From an uncultured Gemmatimonadaceae bacterium (lineage in GTDB: Bacteria > Gemmatimonadota > Gemmatimonadetes > Gemmatimonadales > Gemmatimonadaceae): DNA of 64,000 nt. Of the stretch, positions 1 to 10,266 are shown piece by piece. Where the stretch lies: positions 1,536,001-1,600,000 of the forward strand of contig CAVUDW010000002.1 in assembly GCA_963740355.1 (NCBI GenBank), read 5' to 3'. Numbering within the stretch: position 1 is the stretch's first letter; each line of letters starts with the position of its first letter. The translations under genes and the position numbers were made by a program. The notes beneath the pieces are model-generated. The model saw only the letters and a list, made by a program, of their open reading frames with translations, did not search any database and was not told the origin of the DNA.

Positions 1-2
1 TC

Positions 3-890
3 CTCGACCCCGGGCAGGAGATCGTGACGCTGCGCGGTCGTACGGCAGAATCGAATCGCATCTTCAAGGACAAACTGCCACAGAAGTGGCCCGCACTGCC
101 GATCGTGGTGCTGGTCGATCGGGGCAGCGCGAGCGCAGCCGAGATCGTGGCCGGTGCACTGCAGGACCATGATCGCGCCGTCGTGGTTGGGACGACGACC
201 TATGGCAAGGGCAGTGCGCAGAGCGTCTTCGATGCCGGGACGGTTGGCGCGCTCAAGCTCACCACATCGCTCTGGTTCACGCCTGCCGGGCGAAGCATCT
301 CGATCCGTCGTCGCTACAACGATGATGCGGCCACGTTGCGCACCGGTGTCGAGGAGACGGATTCGCTGAGCCATGAAGTCGACTCGCTGGTCACCAAGCG
401 ACAGGCGTTCAAGACCGACAAGGGCCGCATCGTGTACGGCGGTGGTGGCATCACCCCCGACGTGATTGCGCGCGACAGCGCGGCCATCGTGCAGGGTGCG
501 GTGCTGCAGGCGGCGCTCGGTCGAGCGGTGCCACAATTCCGCGACGCACTCACGGCGCTGGCGTTGCAACTGAAGTCCACCGGTGCGTTGACGAACACCA
601 CGTTCACCGTGACACCGGAGATGCGGGCCTCGCTGCTCGCTGGCGTGCGCGCGCGAGGTGCCGTGGTTCCCGACTCGACGTTCGACGCCAACGCCACCGT
701 GGTGAATCGCTTGATCGGGTACGAGGCATCGCGCTACGTGTTCGGTCGCGATGCGGAATTCTCGCGGCGTACGGCGGACGATCCGGTGATGCAGCGCGCG
801 TTATCGCTTTTGCGCGATGCGCCCGGTCGCGACCAGTTGCTGGTGCGCGCCAGTGCCGAGCATCCGAGCAAGGTGGGCAGTCGCTCGTGA
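3..890 (+). CDS. S41 family carboxy-terminal processing protease (5'-partial)
   Basis: Motifs VLVDRGSASAAEIVAGALQDHDRA, GTTTYGKGSAQ, LKLTT..WFTPAGRSI and GGGITPD; frame open to the window start. Confidence 0.9.
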   Translation, partial: LDPGQEIVTLRGRTAESNRIFKDKLPQKWPALPIVVLVDRGSASAAEIVAGALQDHDRAVVVGTTTYGKGSAQSVFDAGTVGALKLTTSLWFTPAGRSISIRRRYNDDAATLRTGVEETDSLSHEVDSLVTKRQAFKTDKGRIVYGGGGITPDVIARDSAAIVQGAVLQAALGRAVPQFRDALTALALQLKSTGALTNTTFTVTPEMRASLLAGVRARGAVVPDSTFDANATVVNRLIGYEASRYVFGRDAEFSRRTADDPVMQRALSLLRDAPGRDQLLVRASAEHPSKVGSRS

Positions 891-1765
891 GCATCATCGC
901 CGGTTCCATGGAGCCGGTAGTGCTCGTGGGGGCAGGGCGTGCAGGTCGTGCGCTGGCAGCGGCATTGCGCGCCGCCGGCGTGGCGCACGCGTTGGTCGAT
1001 CGCACCAGCATCATCGAGCAGCACGGCCCGCCGGTTTTCTCCAGCCGCACTGACGCTGTGGCGAACTCGCCGGCGGTGCTGGTCGCCGTGCGTGATGGAC
1101 AGCTGGATGTGGCGCTCGACGAACTGCGTGACCGCGACGGCATCCAGCCAGGCACCGTGGTGCTGCAGGTGAGTGGAAGTGCGGAGCCGGCAGCGCGCGA
1201 ACGGATCACGGCCTCAGGAGTGTTTTACGGCACGTTTCATCCACTGCTGCCGCTGATCGATCCCTCGCTGGCGTCGTTCCGCCTGCAGGGCTCCGTGATC
1301 GGTATCGAGGGAGACGCCGCCGCGCACAGCGTCGCCTCACGCCTCGCCGCGCGACTTGGTGCCACCACCATCGAGATTCCGCGCACCGATCGGGCGGCGT
1401 ATCACGCGGCGGCGGTGATCGCCAGCAATTTCCCCGTCACACTCGCGGCGCTGGCGGAAGGCTTGTTGTCGCGTATCGGGGTCGATTCGGTGGCCGCGCA
1501 TCGTGCCGTCCGGGCGCTGATGGCAGCCAGCGTCGAAAACCTGGCGGCCGCGCCCCGTGCGCTGGATGCCCTCACCGGCCCGATCGCACGCGGTGATGTG
1601 TCAACGGTCCTGGCACACACCACGGCACTCCACGGATCGCGGCCATACCACGATGTCTACGAGGTACTGTCGCGGGCGACGCTGGCACTGATGCGCGAAC
1701 GAGGGGACGATCTGCGTGCGGTGGCGGCGCTCGAAGCCGCTCTCGACGCGGATGGACTGCGCTGA
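887..1765 (+). CDS. Rossmann-like/DUF2520 family oxidoreductase
   Basis: GAGRAG nucleotide-binding motif, FHPL, YHAAAVIASNF, ALTGPIARGD; GTGA overlap with the upstream stop. Confidence 0.85.
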   Translation: MSIIAGSMEPVVLVGAGRAGRALAAALRAAGVAHALVDRTSIIEQHGPPVFSSRTDAVANSPAVLVAVRDGQLDVALDELRDRDGIQPGTVVLQVSGSAEPAARERITASGVFYGTFHPLLPLIDPSLASFRLQGSVIGIEGDAAAHSVASRLAARLGATTIEIPRTDRAAYHAAAVIASNFPVTLAALAEGLLSRIGVDSVAAHRAVRALMAASVENLAAAPRALDALTGPIARGDVSTVLAHTTALHGSRPYHDVYEVLSRATLALMRERGDDLRAVAALEAALDADGLR

Positions 1766-1911
1766 GAACTGGCTCGCAGCGGGCCATCTCCTCGCGCCCT
1801 GCCGTTCCCTCCGCTCGTGCACGTTGCGACATTCCTTCCAGCGGCTGCCATTCGTCTGGCGCCCTCCCGCGACCTGCGGGCCTCGACTTCGACGCTCATC
1901 CGGTACCCTGC

Positions 1912-2874
1912 ATGCGACGCATTGCCTCACTTGGACTGGCGCTCTCGCTTTTCACGCCGGCGGCCACCTTCGCCGTCACACCATCGCCTGCCATTTCCGC
2001 CGCAATCCCCGGCGAGGAGATGATCGGGCACTGGGACCTCACGGCGACAGGCGCCAATGGTCGAACCTATCCGTCGTGGCTCGAAGTGAAGCTCTCCGGC
2101 AATCGTTCGCTGGTTGGGGCGTTCGTGTCATCCGGCGGAAGTTCACGACCGGTGGCGAAGGTCACGTACACCGGGAACACTTTCCGCTTCGCGATTCCAC
2201 CGCAGTGGGAGCAGGGCGATGGTGACCTGGTGGTCGAAGGCACCTACGCCGACAACAAGATCAGCGGCACGATCACCGAACCGAATGGCCGCACGGCGAA
2301 CTTCGTCGGCGTACGCGCACCAACGCTCGAGCGCACCGCTGCGCCACAGTGGGGCGCACCGATCAACATCTTCAACGGTCGCGACCTGACTGGATGGAAG
2401 ACGTCGCCCGGCACCAGTCAGTGGAGTGTCGTGGGCGGCATTCTCACGAATGCCCGCAACGGCGCGAACCTGATCACGGAGCGTACCTTCACCGACTTCA
2501 AGCTGCACGTCGAGTTCCGTGTGCCGAAGAATGGCAACAGCGGGATCTACCTGCGTGGTCGTCATGAGTTGCAGGTCGAAGACAGCAAGGGGATGGAACC
2601 ACTCAGCACGCACACCGGCGGTATCTACGGTTTCCTGATCCCGAACGAGAATGCGGCACTCGATGCCGGCGCCTGGCAGACGTATGATGTGACGCTGGTC
2701 GGTCGCCGCATCACGGTGGTGCTCAACGGCAAGACGGTGATCTCGATGCAGAACATTCCCGGCATCACGGGCGGCGCGCTGGACAGCAACGAAGGGGAGC
2801 CGGGGCCGATCTACCTGCAGGGTGATCACACGGCCGTCGAGTACCGCAAGATCGTCCTCACGCCGGCGCGGTAG
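1912..2874 (+). CDS. Exported DUF1080 (3-keto-disaccharide hydrolase-like) protein
   Basis: Signal peptide; FNGRDLTGW, F.DFKLHVEF, NSGIYLRG..ELQV, GPIYLQGDH..VEYR. Confidence 0.9.
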   Translation: MRRIASLGLALSLFTPAATFAVTPSPAISAAIPGEEMIGHWDLTATGANGRTYPSWLEVKLSGNRSLVGAFVSSGGSSRPVAKVTYTGNTFRFAIPPQWEQGDGDLVVEGTYADNKISGTITEPNGRTANFVGVRAPTLERTAAPQWGAPINIFNGRDLTGWKTSPGTSQWSVVGGILTNARNGANLITERTFTDFKLHVEFRVPKNGNSGIYLRGRHELQVEDSKGMEPLSTHTGGIYGFLIPNENAALDAGAWQTYDVTLVGRRITVVLNGKTVISMQNIPGITGGALDSNEGEPGPIYLQGDHTAVEYRKIVLTPAR

Positions 2875-2879
2875 TCGCA

Positions 2880-2907
2880 GCGTCGGAAGCGGGCCCGTTT
2901 CCGACGC
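2880..2907 (+). terminator. Hairpin after the DUF1080 gene, possible terminator
   Basis: GCGTCGGAA/TTCCGACGC inverted repeat just after the stop; no clear U-tract. Confidence 0.4.
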
Positions 2908-3053
2908 GCGCACACGCAGGTGCTGAGGATGACGCGTCACATGGCTTTCGAGCCATGTGGCGCGTTTTCTTTGCGCGCTCACCGTGGTCGCTACCGCTAC
3001 CGCTACCGCTGACGTTGACGCGTGTCCCGTGCACCGGAGAGGCGATCCGGCGC

Positions 3054-3112
3054 ACTACGGGAAAACCAGTTGACAGAAGGCAGTGCCTGTCGCATACTAC
3101 GGAAAAACCAGT
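3054..3112 (+). promoter_or_regulatory. Sigma70-type promoter (TTGACA-17-CATACT) bracketed by two 17-bp direct repeats
   Basis: TTGACA at 3070-3075 and CATACT at 3093-3098; ACTACGGGAAAACCAGT at 3054 and ACTACGGAAAAACCAGT at 3096. Confidence 0.65.
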
Positions 3113-3203
3113 ACTAACCGCCGGAATGCAGCGCTGACACAACCTTTTCGCACCGGCGTATGTCAGACCGCAGATCACGAGCCCACCCTCGAGCCCCGTT
3201 GCC

Positions 3204-6200
3204 ATGCTGGTCCGTTCTCTCCGTCGCGCAGCGCTGCTGCTCGTCGCCGGCGTCACGCTCCTGCGTGCCCAATCCGTCACCGACATCATTCGCGGCCGCA
3301 TCACCGATGACTCCGCCCGCACGGTGGTCGGAGCCAGTGTCTTCGTCACGCGCGGTCCGGATCGGGCGTTCAAGCAAACCACCACGGACAGTGCAGGGCG
3401 TTACGTGGTGTCGTTCGAGGACGGCACAGGCGACTACCTGGTGGCCGTGTCATCGGTCGGGCTGAAGTCGGCGCGACGTCGAGTGCAGCGACAGAACAGC
3501 GAGAAGGAACTCGTCGCGGATTTTGTGCTTGCGCACGACGCGTCGACGCTGGCGGCGGTGAAGGTCACGGCGGACAAGCCCGAACGTGCGAATACACAGG
3601 TGGACCCGACCACGCTCGAAGCGGGGGCGTCGGAACGCTGGTTGGATGGTGTGAACGGGCAGGTCGCGCCTTCACTCGCGGGCAACCTGAGTGCGATTGC
3701 CGGCAACACCCCTGGTGTGACACAGGGCGTGAATGGCCCATCGATTCTTGGCAGCGGGGCGGAGTCGAATCTCACGACGCTCAACGGGATGGCACTCCCT
3801 GGTGGCTCCCTGCCACGTGCCGCGCGTGTCGATACGCGCGTGACCGGTGCCACCTTCGATGTGGTCCGTGGCGGATTCTCCGGCGCAAACACGGACGTGC
3901 AGTTGGGCGCCGGCAGTCGCAACTATCAGGATCGCAACGCCTACCTAACGTTCGACGCGCCATCGCTGCAGTTCACCGATGCCGTCGGGCAGTCACTGGG
4001 CGCGCGATACGGTTCCTATCGCGGCAGCGTTGGCGCGAACGGGTATCTCGTGCCGCACGTCGCGACCTATAACGTCGCCGTCGAGCTGTCGCGGTCGACC
4101 TCCGACCCGGCGACGCTGTTTTCAGGCGATGCGCGTGCCTTGCAATCCGCTGGTGTCTCGCGTGATTCGGTCGCGCGTCTGCAAACTGCGGCGCTCGGCG
4201 TCGGGCTTCCGACCGCGGGCAACGGCATACCCCTGTCGCGTGAACGCAGCGGCATTACGTGGCTGGGGCGGATCGACGATATCCGTGACTCGCTCAACTC
4301 GCGCCAGATCACGAGTTATCTGAGCCTGTCGCGTGACGGTGCGCTCGGGTTTGCACCGCTCAACGCCACCTCGACCGGCGGCAAGTCCACCGATCGTGGG
4401 CTGGGTGCACAGTTCCAGATGTCGAATTTCATCGGCGACGGTCGGCGTATCCTGAACCAGACCAAGCTCGGGGCGAGCCAGACCCGCCAGTCGGGGGATC
4501 CCTACCTCGTTTTGCCTGGCGCCAGTGTGCTGGTGCGGTCCACAGGCACCACCGGCGATGGCATCACCTCGCTCGACCTCGGGGGGAATTCCTTCCTCGA
4601 TCGGACGGAGACGCGAGTGACGGTCGAAGCCAGCAACCTCACGGCGTGGAACGCGAAGGGCCGTCGGCACACCTTCAAGGCCTTTGGCTGGGGTCGCGTC
4701 GATGCCATGGAAACGCAGGGCGGCGCGAACCTGCTCGGTCAGTACGCTTTCAATTCGATCAGCGACTTCTCCGCCGGACGCCCGACCAGCTTTTCGCGCA
4801 CACTGACGCAGCCGAAGAGCGATGGCACCGTGTGGAATGCCGCCACGGCCTTTGGCCATCAGTGGAACGCCACCAAGCGATTCAACCTCCTCTACGGTGC
4901 GCGCATCGAGGGCAATGGGTTTGCGTCTGCGCCAGCAAGGAACGCGCAACTGGAAAGTGCGCTCGGTGTGCAAACGGGCCAGGCGCCGACGATGGTTCAC
5001 GTCAGTCCGCGCGTCGGATTTTCGTACAGCTACAGTCGCAGCAAGGAAAACGGCAACGGTATGGCGATGACGCAGGCCGGGACGTACTTCCGCACCACCA
5101 GTGGTGTGGTGCGCGGTGGCATCGGTGAATTCCGCGACCTCTTGCGTCCTGATATCCTGGCCGATGCATCATCGCGAACCGGCCTTGCGGGAAGCACCCA
5201 GTCGTTGCTCTGCACAGGTGCGGCGGTGCCGGTACCCGATTGGTCTGCGTTCCTGCAGGACCCGAACACCATTCCACGTTCGTGCGTCGACGGCGGCGGT
5301 GTGCTCACCGACAACGCACCACCGGCCACGTTGATCGCGAAGGACTATCAGGTGCCGCGCTCGTGGCGTGCGTCCCTCGACTGGTACACGAACTTCGACT
5401 GGTTGCAGCTGCGCTGGAACAACCTCGCGTCGTGGGACTTGTCGCAGGCGTCTGTCCGCGACGCCAACTTTGCCGGCGTCCAGCAATTCGCGCTGGCGGC
5501 AGAAGGGGGCCGACCGGTGTATGTCTCCACCGCAGGCATCGATGCCGGCACGGGAGCGGTGTCGGCCACCGAGTCGCGTCGTTCCGCCGCATTCGGCCGT
5601 GTCGGTGTGCGCGGAAGCGAACTGCGCGGCTACGGTGGTCAGACGACCATCACGCTCTCCCCCGATGTGTTCCGGATGCGCAGCGTGCCACTCGGCATTT
5701 ATGCGTCGCTGTCATACACGCTGCAGTCGTCGCGCCGTCAGTTCATCGGCTTCGACGGAACGACCGCTGGTGATCCGCGCCTTCGCGAATGGGCGCCAAG
5801 CATGAATGACGCACGGCATATCTTCTCTTTGCAGGGCGCATTCACCATACCGCACTTCGGCACGACGACGTTCTTCACGCGCGCGCAATCCGGCCTGCCG
5901 TTCACGCCGATCGTGCAGGGTGACATCAATGGTGATGGGCGATCTGGTGATCGCGCCTTCATTCCTTCGACGTCCGCCCCCGGGCAAGCGGATCTCGCGG
6001 CGCAGCTGCTGGCATTGCAAACGAATGGCTCAGCGACGGCGCGAAAGTGTCTCTCATCGTTCGCCGGCCAGATCGCATCGCGCAACGGGTGCCGCGGTCC
6101 GTGGACCGCCACGATGAACATGCAGTTTTCGCCGACCATGCCCAAGGCACTGCGGCGCATCAACGCCAGCCTGTACCTCGAGAATGTGCTCGCGGGCGTC

Positions 6201-6968
6201 GATCAGCTCGTGCACGGCTCGAGCGACCTGCGCGGTTGGGGTGGTGCGGCGATGCCAGACCCGATCCTGCTGGTTCCGCGCGCGTTCGACGCGGCGTCGC
6301 GTGCCTTTGCCTACGATATCAATCCGCGCTTCGCCGAGACGCGTCCGTCGCGCTCGACGCTCCGGTCACCATTCCGCGTCACGATTGATTTCCGGTTCCG
6401 TTTGTCGACGGACTATCAGCTGCAGGAGCTGCGTCGCGCACTCTCGCCGGTGAGGGTGGGCAAGCGATGGGAGCCACGGAACGCAGACTCCCTGACGGCG
6501 CTCTATCTCCAGGAGACCTCGAGCATCCACACCGCGGTGCTCTCGGAGAGTGATTCACTCTTCCTGTCGGCGGAGCAGATCGCCGGGCTGCGGAAGGCGG
6601 AAGGCGAGTTCGGTGCGCAGGTGCGGAAGATCTACGGCGACCTTGGACAATACCTGGCGCAGTTTGCCGGCGGCGGGGTGACCAAGGCCGCCCTCGACAG
6701 CACGGGGAAGGCGAAGAAGGCGTACTGGGCGGTGTTCTGGGAGCAGCCGGAAATCGCCGCAGCGCTGCTGACCCCGACCCAGCGCGACCTGATGCCGATC
6801 CTGCGCGACATGTTCGCCACCCCGAAGGCTCAGCGGAAGAATGCGCAGTGGATGTTCGGGAACGAGGTGAAGTTCGTGAAGCCGGCGCCGGCGCAGACCG
6901 CGGCACCGGCGGTCCCGGCCGGGGGGCTCGCCCCCCCGGCTGACGCCGCCGGATGGCGAGTCGGTTAG
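3204..6968 (+). CDS. TonB-dependent receptor-like outer membrane protein with N-terminal carboxypeptidase-regulatory-like domain
   Basis: Signal peptide; IRGRITD...GASV...TTTDSAGRY; plug-like region; Oar-type barrel motifs (SGLPFTP...GDINGDG..DRAFIP, RN.CRGPW); helical C-terminal tail. Confidence 0.75.
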   Translation: MLVRSLRRAALLLVAGVTLLRAQSVTDIIRGRITDDSARTVVGASVFVTRGPDRAFKQTTTDSAGRYVVSFEDGTGDYLVAVSSVGLKSARRRVQRQNSEKELVADFVLAHDASTLAAVKVTADKPERANTQVDPTTLEAGASERWLDGVNGQVAPSLAGNLSAIAGNTPGVTQGVNGPSILGSGAESNLTTLNGMALPGGSLPRAARVDTRVTGATFDVVRGGFSGANTDVQLGAGSRNYQDRNAYLTFDAPSLQFTDAVGQSLGARYGSYRGSVGANGYLVPHVATYNVAVELSRSTSDPATLFSGDARALQSAGVSRDSVARLQTAALGVGLPTAGNGIPLSRERSGITWLGRIDDIRDSLNSRQITSYLSLSRDGALGFAPLNATSTGGKSTDRGLGAQFQMSNFIGDGRRILNQTKLGASQTRQSGDPYLVLPGASVLVRSTGTTGDGITSLDLGGNSFLDRTETRVTVEASNLTAWNAKGRRHTFKAFGWGRVDAMETQGGANLLGQYAFNSISDFSAGRPTSFSRTLTQPKSDGTVWNAATAFGHQWNATKRFNLLYGARIEGNGFASAPARNAQLESALGVQTGQAPTMVHVSPRVGFSYSYSRSKENGNGMAMTQAGTYFRTTSGVVRGGIGEFRDLLRPDILADASSRTGLAGSTQSLLCTGAAVPVPDWSAFLQDPNTIPRSCVDGGGVLTDNAPPATLIAKDYQVPRSWRASLDWYTNFDWLQLRWNNLASWDLSQASVRDANFAGVQQFALAAEGGRPVYVSTAGIDAGTGAVSATESRRSAAFGRVGVRGSELRGYGGQTTITLSPDVFRMRSVPLGIYASLSYTLQSSRRQFIGFDGTTAGDPRLREWAPSMNDARHIFSLQGAFTIPHFGTTTFFTRAQSGLPFTPIVQGDINGDGRSGDRAFIPSTSAPGQADLAAQLLALQTNGSATARKCLSSFAGQIASRNGCRGPWTATMNMQFSPTMPKALRRINASLYLENVLAGVDQLVHGSSDLRGWGGAAMPDPILLVPRAFDAASRAFAYDINPRFAETRPSRSTLRSPFRVTIDFRFRLSTDYQLQELRRALSPVRVGKRWEPRNADSLTALYLQETSSIHTAVLSESDSLFLSAEQIAGLRKAEGEFGAQVRKIYGDLGQYLAQFAGGGVTKAALDSTGKAKKAYWAVFWEQPEIAAALLTPTQRDLMPILRDMFATPKAQRKNAQWMFGNEVKFVKPAPAQTAAPAVPAGGLAPPADAAGWRVG

Positions 6969-7021
6969 GTCCAGCCCGGCACACTTTACGGTACGCGGTA
7001 CATCCGTCAGTCTTCGGCATC

Positions 7022-7891
7022 ATGACTGACCGTAGAGACTTCCTCCGTGTACTTGGCGCATCGGCTGTTGCCGGCGCCCTCTGGCCTAAGACCGCGCTCG
7101 CCTCTGGCGCGGATCAGCTGTCGGCCAACGCCTCGATCCGACGGATCGGCGTGCAGCTCTACTCCGTGCGTGGCGCGATGCAGAAGGACGGGGTCGAGCC
7201 GACCCTCGCCCGCATCGCAAGCCTCGGATACAAGGAAGTCGAGTTCGCCGGATATTATGGCCGCACCGCGGCCCAGATCCGTGACACGCTGAAGGCGAAT
7301 GGCCTCACGTCGCCGTCGACCCACGTCTCGCTGGAACAGATCAAGTCTCCCGACTTTCCGAAGCTGGTCGAGACGGCCCAGACCATTGGGCACAAGTGGA
7401 TCAATCTGGCCTTCCTGATGCCGAACGATCGCGGCTCGGCGGAGAAGTACAACGCGCACGCCGATGCCTTGATTGCGGCACAGGCCATCGCCAGCCAGTC
7501 GGGGATCACGCTCGCGTACCACAACCACGACTTTGAATTCGAGAAGCTTGGCAACACCGACGGCTACGAGATTCTGCTGGACCGGACGAAGGGCACCGGC
7601 GTCCAGTTCGAGATGGACTTGTACTGGATGAGTGTGGCCGGCAAGGATCCGGTGTCGTACTGGACGCGGTTCCCGGGACGCTTCCCGATGGTGCACGTGA
7701 AGGACAATGCTGGGCCGCCAACGAACGAGATGCGCAGCGTGGGGCAGGGGACGATCAACTGGGCTGCACTGTTCGAGCAGCGGAAGCTGGCCGGCATCGA
7801 GCACTTCTACGTCGAGCACGACAATCCGCCCGATCCCTGGGCTTCGATCACCACCAGCGTCGCGTACCTGAAGCAATTGCGGTTCCGGTAA
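7022..7891 (+). CDS. Tat-exported sugar phosphate isomerase/epimerase (xylose-isomerase-like TIM barrel)
   Basis: DRRDFL Tat motif at ATG 7022; GVQLYSVR, YHNHDFEF, FEMDLYW, HVKD, YVEHD. Confidence 0.9.
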   Translation: MTDRRDFLRVLGASAVAGALWPKTALASGADQLSANASIRRIGVQLYSVRGAMQKDGVEPTLARIASLGYKEVEFAGYYGRTAAQIRDTLKANGLTSPSTHVSLEQIKSPDFPKLVETAQTIGHKWINLAFLMPNDRGSAEKYNAHADALIAAQAIASQSGITLAYHNHDFEFEKLGNTDGYEILLDRTKGTGVQFEMDLYWMSVAGKDPVSYWTRFPGRFPMVHVKDNAGPPTNEMRSVGQGTINWAALFEQRKLAGIEHFYVEHDNPPDPWASITTSVAYLKQLRFR

Positions 7892-7960
7892 TCAGCGTTC
7901 ACTTGCTTCACTGACAGGCGTGGTCGCTCCAGCGGCTGCGCCGTCCTTCTCTGTGCCCCA

Positions 7961-9289
7961 ATGAATCCGCGCATTCTCTTCTGGTCGATCACGTCGGCGC
8001 TGGCTGGTTTTCTCTTCGGATTCGACACCGTCGTCATCTCCGGGGCCGAGCAGAAGATCCAGGCGATCTGGGCGCTGGGCCCCGGCATGCACGGCGTCGC
8101 GCTCGCCTCGGCGCTCTACGGGACGGTGGTCGGCGCACTCTTCGGCGGATGGCCTGCTGACAAGTTCGGGCGCAAACCGACGCTGATCGTCATCGGTGTC
8201 CTCTACCTGATTGGGGCGATCTGGTCAGCGCTGGCGGGTGATGTCTACTCGTTCATCATCGCGCGCGTCCTTGGCGGGCTTGGGATCGGGGCCTCGACGA
8301 TCGCCGCCCCGTTGTACATCTCCGAGATCGCACCGCCGGCCAAGCGCGGATTCCTGACCGGCATGTTCCAGTTCAACATCGTCTTCGGCATCCTGATCGC
8401 ATTCCTCTCCAACGCGCTGTTGGCAGGCGTGGGCGAGAATGCCTGGCGCTGGATGCTGGGCGTGGCGGCATTCCCGTCGGTGATCTACGCGCTCTGCTGC
8501 TTTGCCATTCCCGAGAGCCCGCGCTGGCTGCTGACCATTGGCGGTAAGCGTGACGAAGGGCTGCGCGTACTGCGGCTGATCGAGCCGCAGGCGACGGATG
8601 CCCAGATCAATGCGACGGCGGCAGAGATCACGGCGTCAGCCGTGATGCGCACTGGAGGGTCGGAGAAGTTCTGGACGAAGGAACTCCGCGTGCCGATCCT
8701 GCTCGCGTTCCTGATTGCGTTCTTCAATCAGCTTTCCGGCATCAACGCGATCCTGTACTTCGCGCCACGCATCTTCGAGATGACGGGTCTCGGCGACAAG
8801 GCGGCGTTGCTGCAGTCCACCGGCATCGGCATCACGAACCTGATCTTCACCTATGTCGGGCTGCAGCTCATCGACCGCCTCGGTCGGCGCACGCTGCTCT
8901 ACATCGGCTCGTTCGGCTACATCGCCTCGCTCGGCCTCGTTTCGTGGGCGTTTTTCACGGGGCACTACGCGATCGTGCCGGCGTGCATCTTCGCCTTCAT
9001 TGCCGCGCACGCCATCGGGCAGGGAGCGGTGATCTGGGTGTTCATCTCGGAGATCTTTCCCAACCGTCATCGCGCCGCGGGGCAGGCACTTGGGTGTTCG
9101 ACGCACTGGATCTTCGCGGCTCTCATCACGACGTTCTTCCCGAGCATGGTCACGGCCTTTGCCCCCGGATACGTCTTTGCCTTCTTCTGCTTCATGATGG
9201 TGTTGCAGCTCATCTGGGTGCGCACGATGGTGCCCGAGACGAAGGGCGCCTCGCTCGAGGCCATTCAGCAGCAGCTCGGGCTCGCCTGA
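7961..9289 (+). CDS. Sugar porter family MFS transporter
   Basis: LAGFLFGFDT, DKFGRK, YISEIAP, PESPRWL, NQLSGINAILY, PETKG; about 12 hydrophobic segments. Confidence 0.95.
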   Translation: MNPRILFWSITSALAGFLFGFDTVVISGAEQKIQAIWALGPGMHGVALASALYGTVVGALFGGWPADKFGRKPTLIVIGVLYLIGAIWSALAGDVYSFIIARVLGGLGIGASTIAAPLYISEIAPPAKRGFLTGMFQFNIVFGILIAFLSNALLAGVGENAWRWMLGVAAFPSVIYALCCFAIPESPRWLLTIGGKRDEGLRVLRLIEPQATDAQINATAAEITASAVMRTGGSEKFWTKELRVPILLAFLIAFFNQLSGINAILYFAPRIFEMTGLGDKAALLQSTGIGITNLIFTYVGLQLIDRLGRRTLLYIGSFGYIASLGLVSWAFFTGHYAIVPACIFAFIAAHAIGQGAVIWVFISEIFPNRHRAAGQALGCSTHWIFAALITTFFPSMVTAFAPGYVFAFFCFMMVLQLIWVRTMVPETKGASLEAIQQQLGLA

Positions 9290-9365
9290 GCTTTCGTTTG
9301 TGAGTCGCACCGATGTCCGGCGCGGCACTGACTGCGTGTAGGAACCGCTCACTCTGGAGTCTCAC

Positions 9366-10259
9366 GTGCAGTATCGCATCGTCGGGATCGGCGAAGTTCT
9401 CTGGGACCTGCTGCCTTCCGGCGCGCAGCTTGGTGGTGCGCCAGCAAACTTCGCGTACCACGCGGCGGCCCTTGGCGCCGACTCGTTCATCGTGTCACGC
9501 GTCGGTGACGACACCCTCGGCCACGACATCCGCGAGCGCATCGCCGCGACCGGTGTCCACGTCGAGACGATCCAGTGTTGCGCTGTTCGCCCAACGGGCA
9601 CGGTGGCCGTGACGGTTGATGCGCTTGGCCAGCCGCAGTACGACATCCGTCGCGATGTGGCGTGGGACTACGTCGAGGCCGATGCTGCGGCTCATCGTGC
9701 CGTCGGTTCAGCTGACGCGATCTGTTTTGGCACCCTCGCACAGCGAGGTGATGTCTCGCGCGCGGCCATTCGTGAACTCGTCGCCGCGTCACCGTCCAAT
9801 TCGCTGCGCATTCTCGACGTCAACCTGCGGCAGCAGTACTACTCGCGGGCGATCATCGAGGACTCGCTCGCGCTGGCGACGGTGCTGAAAGTGAACGACG
9901 CCGAGCTGCCGAAATTGGCGGAGATGTTCTCGCTCACCGGTGACGTCCGATCCCAGATCGATCAGCTGGCGGATCGCTGGCAGCTTCGTGCGATTGCCTA
10001 CACTCGCGGTGAGTGTGGCAGCGTGCTGCGCACGGCGCACGAGTGGTCGGAGCATCCGGGCGTGGTGACGACCGTCGTCGACACCGTTGGCGCCGGTGAC
10101 TCGTTCACGGCGGCGATGACGATTGGCCTGTTGTCCGGTTGGGCGCTCGATGACGTGAATGCGCTGGCCAACCGGGTGGCAGCGTTCGTTGCGTCGAGTG
10201 CTGGTGGCATGCCTCCGCTTCCTGCCGACATCCAGGCGCCGTTCGCGGCGCGCGTCTAG
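9366..10259 (+). CDS. PfkB family carbohydrate kinase (fructokinase-like)
   Basis: GEVLWD, GGAPANFA, DVNLR, DTVGAGDSF PfkB signature. Confidence 0.92.
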   Translation: MQYRIVGIGEVLWDLLPSGAQLGGAPANFAYHAAALGADSFIVSRVGDDTLGHDIRERIAATGVHVETIQCCAVRPTGTVAVTVDALGQPQYDIRRDVAWDYVEADAAAHRAVGSADAICFGTLAQRGDVSRAAIRELVAASPSNSLRILDVNLRQQYYSRAIIEDSLALATVLKVNDAELPKLAEMFSLTGDVRSQIDQLADRWQLRAIAYTRGECGSVLRTAHEWSEHPGVVTTVVDTVGAGDSFTAAMTIGLLSGWALDDVNALANRVAAFVASSAGGMPPLPADIQAPFAARV

Positions 10260-10266
10260 CTGGCGG

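Noticed and set aside
2989..3010. (CGCTAC)3+ microsatellite as a phase-variation switch
   Set aside because: Short, intergenic and outside the predicted promoter; no functional support
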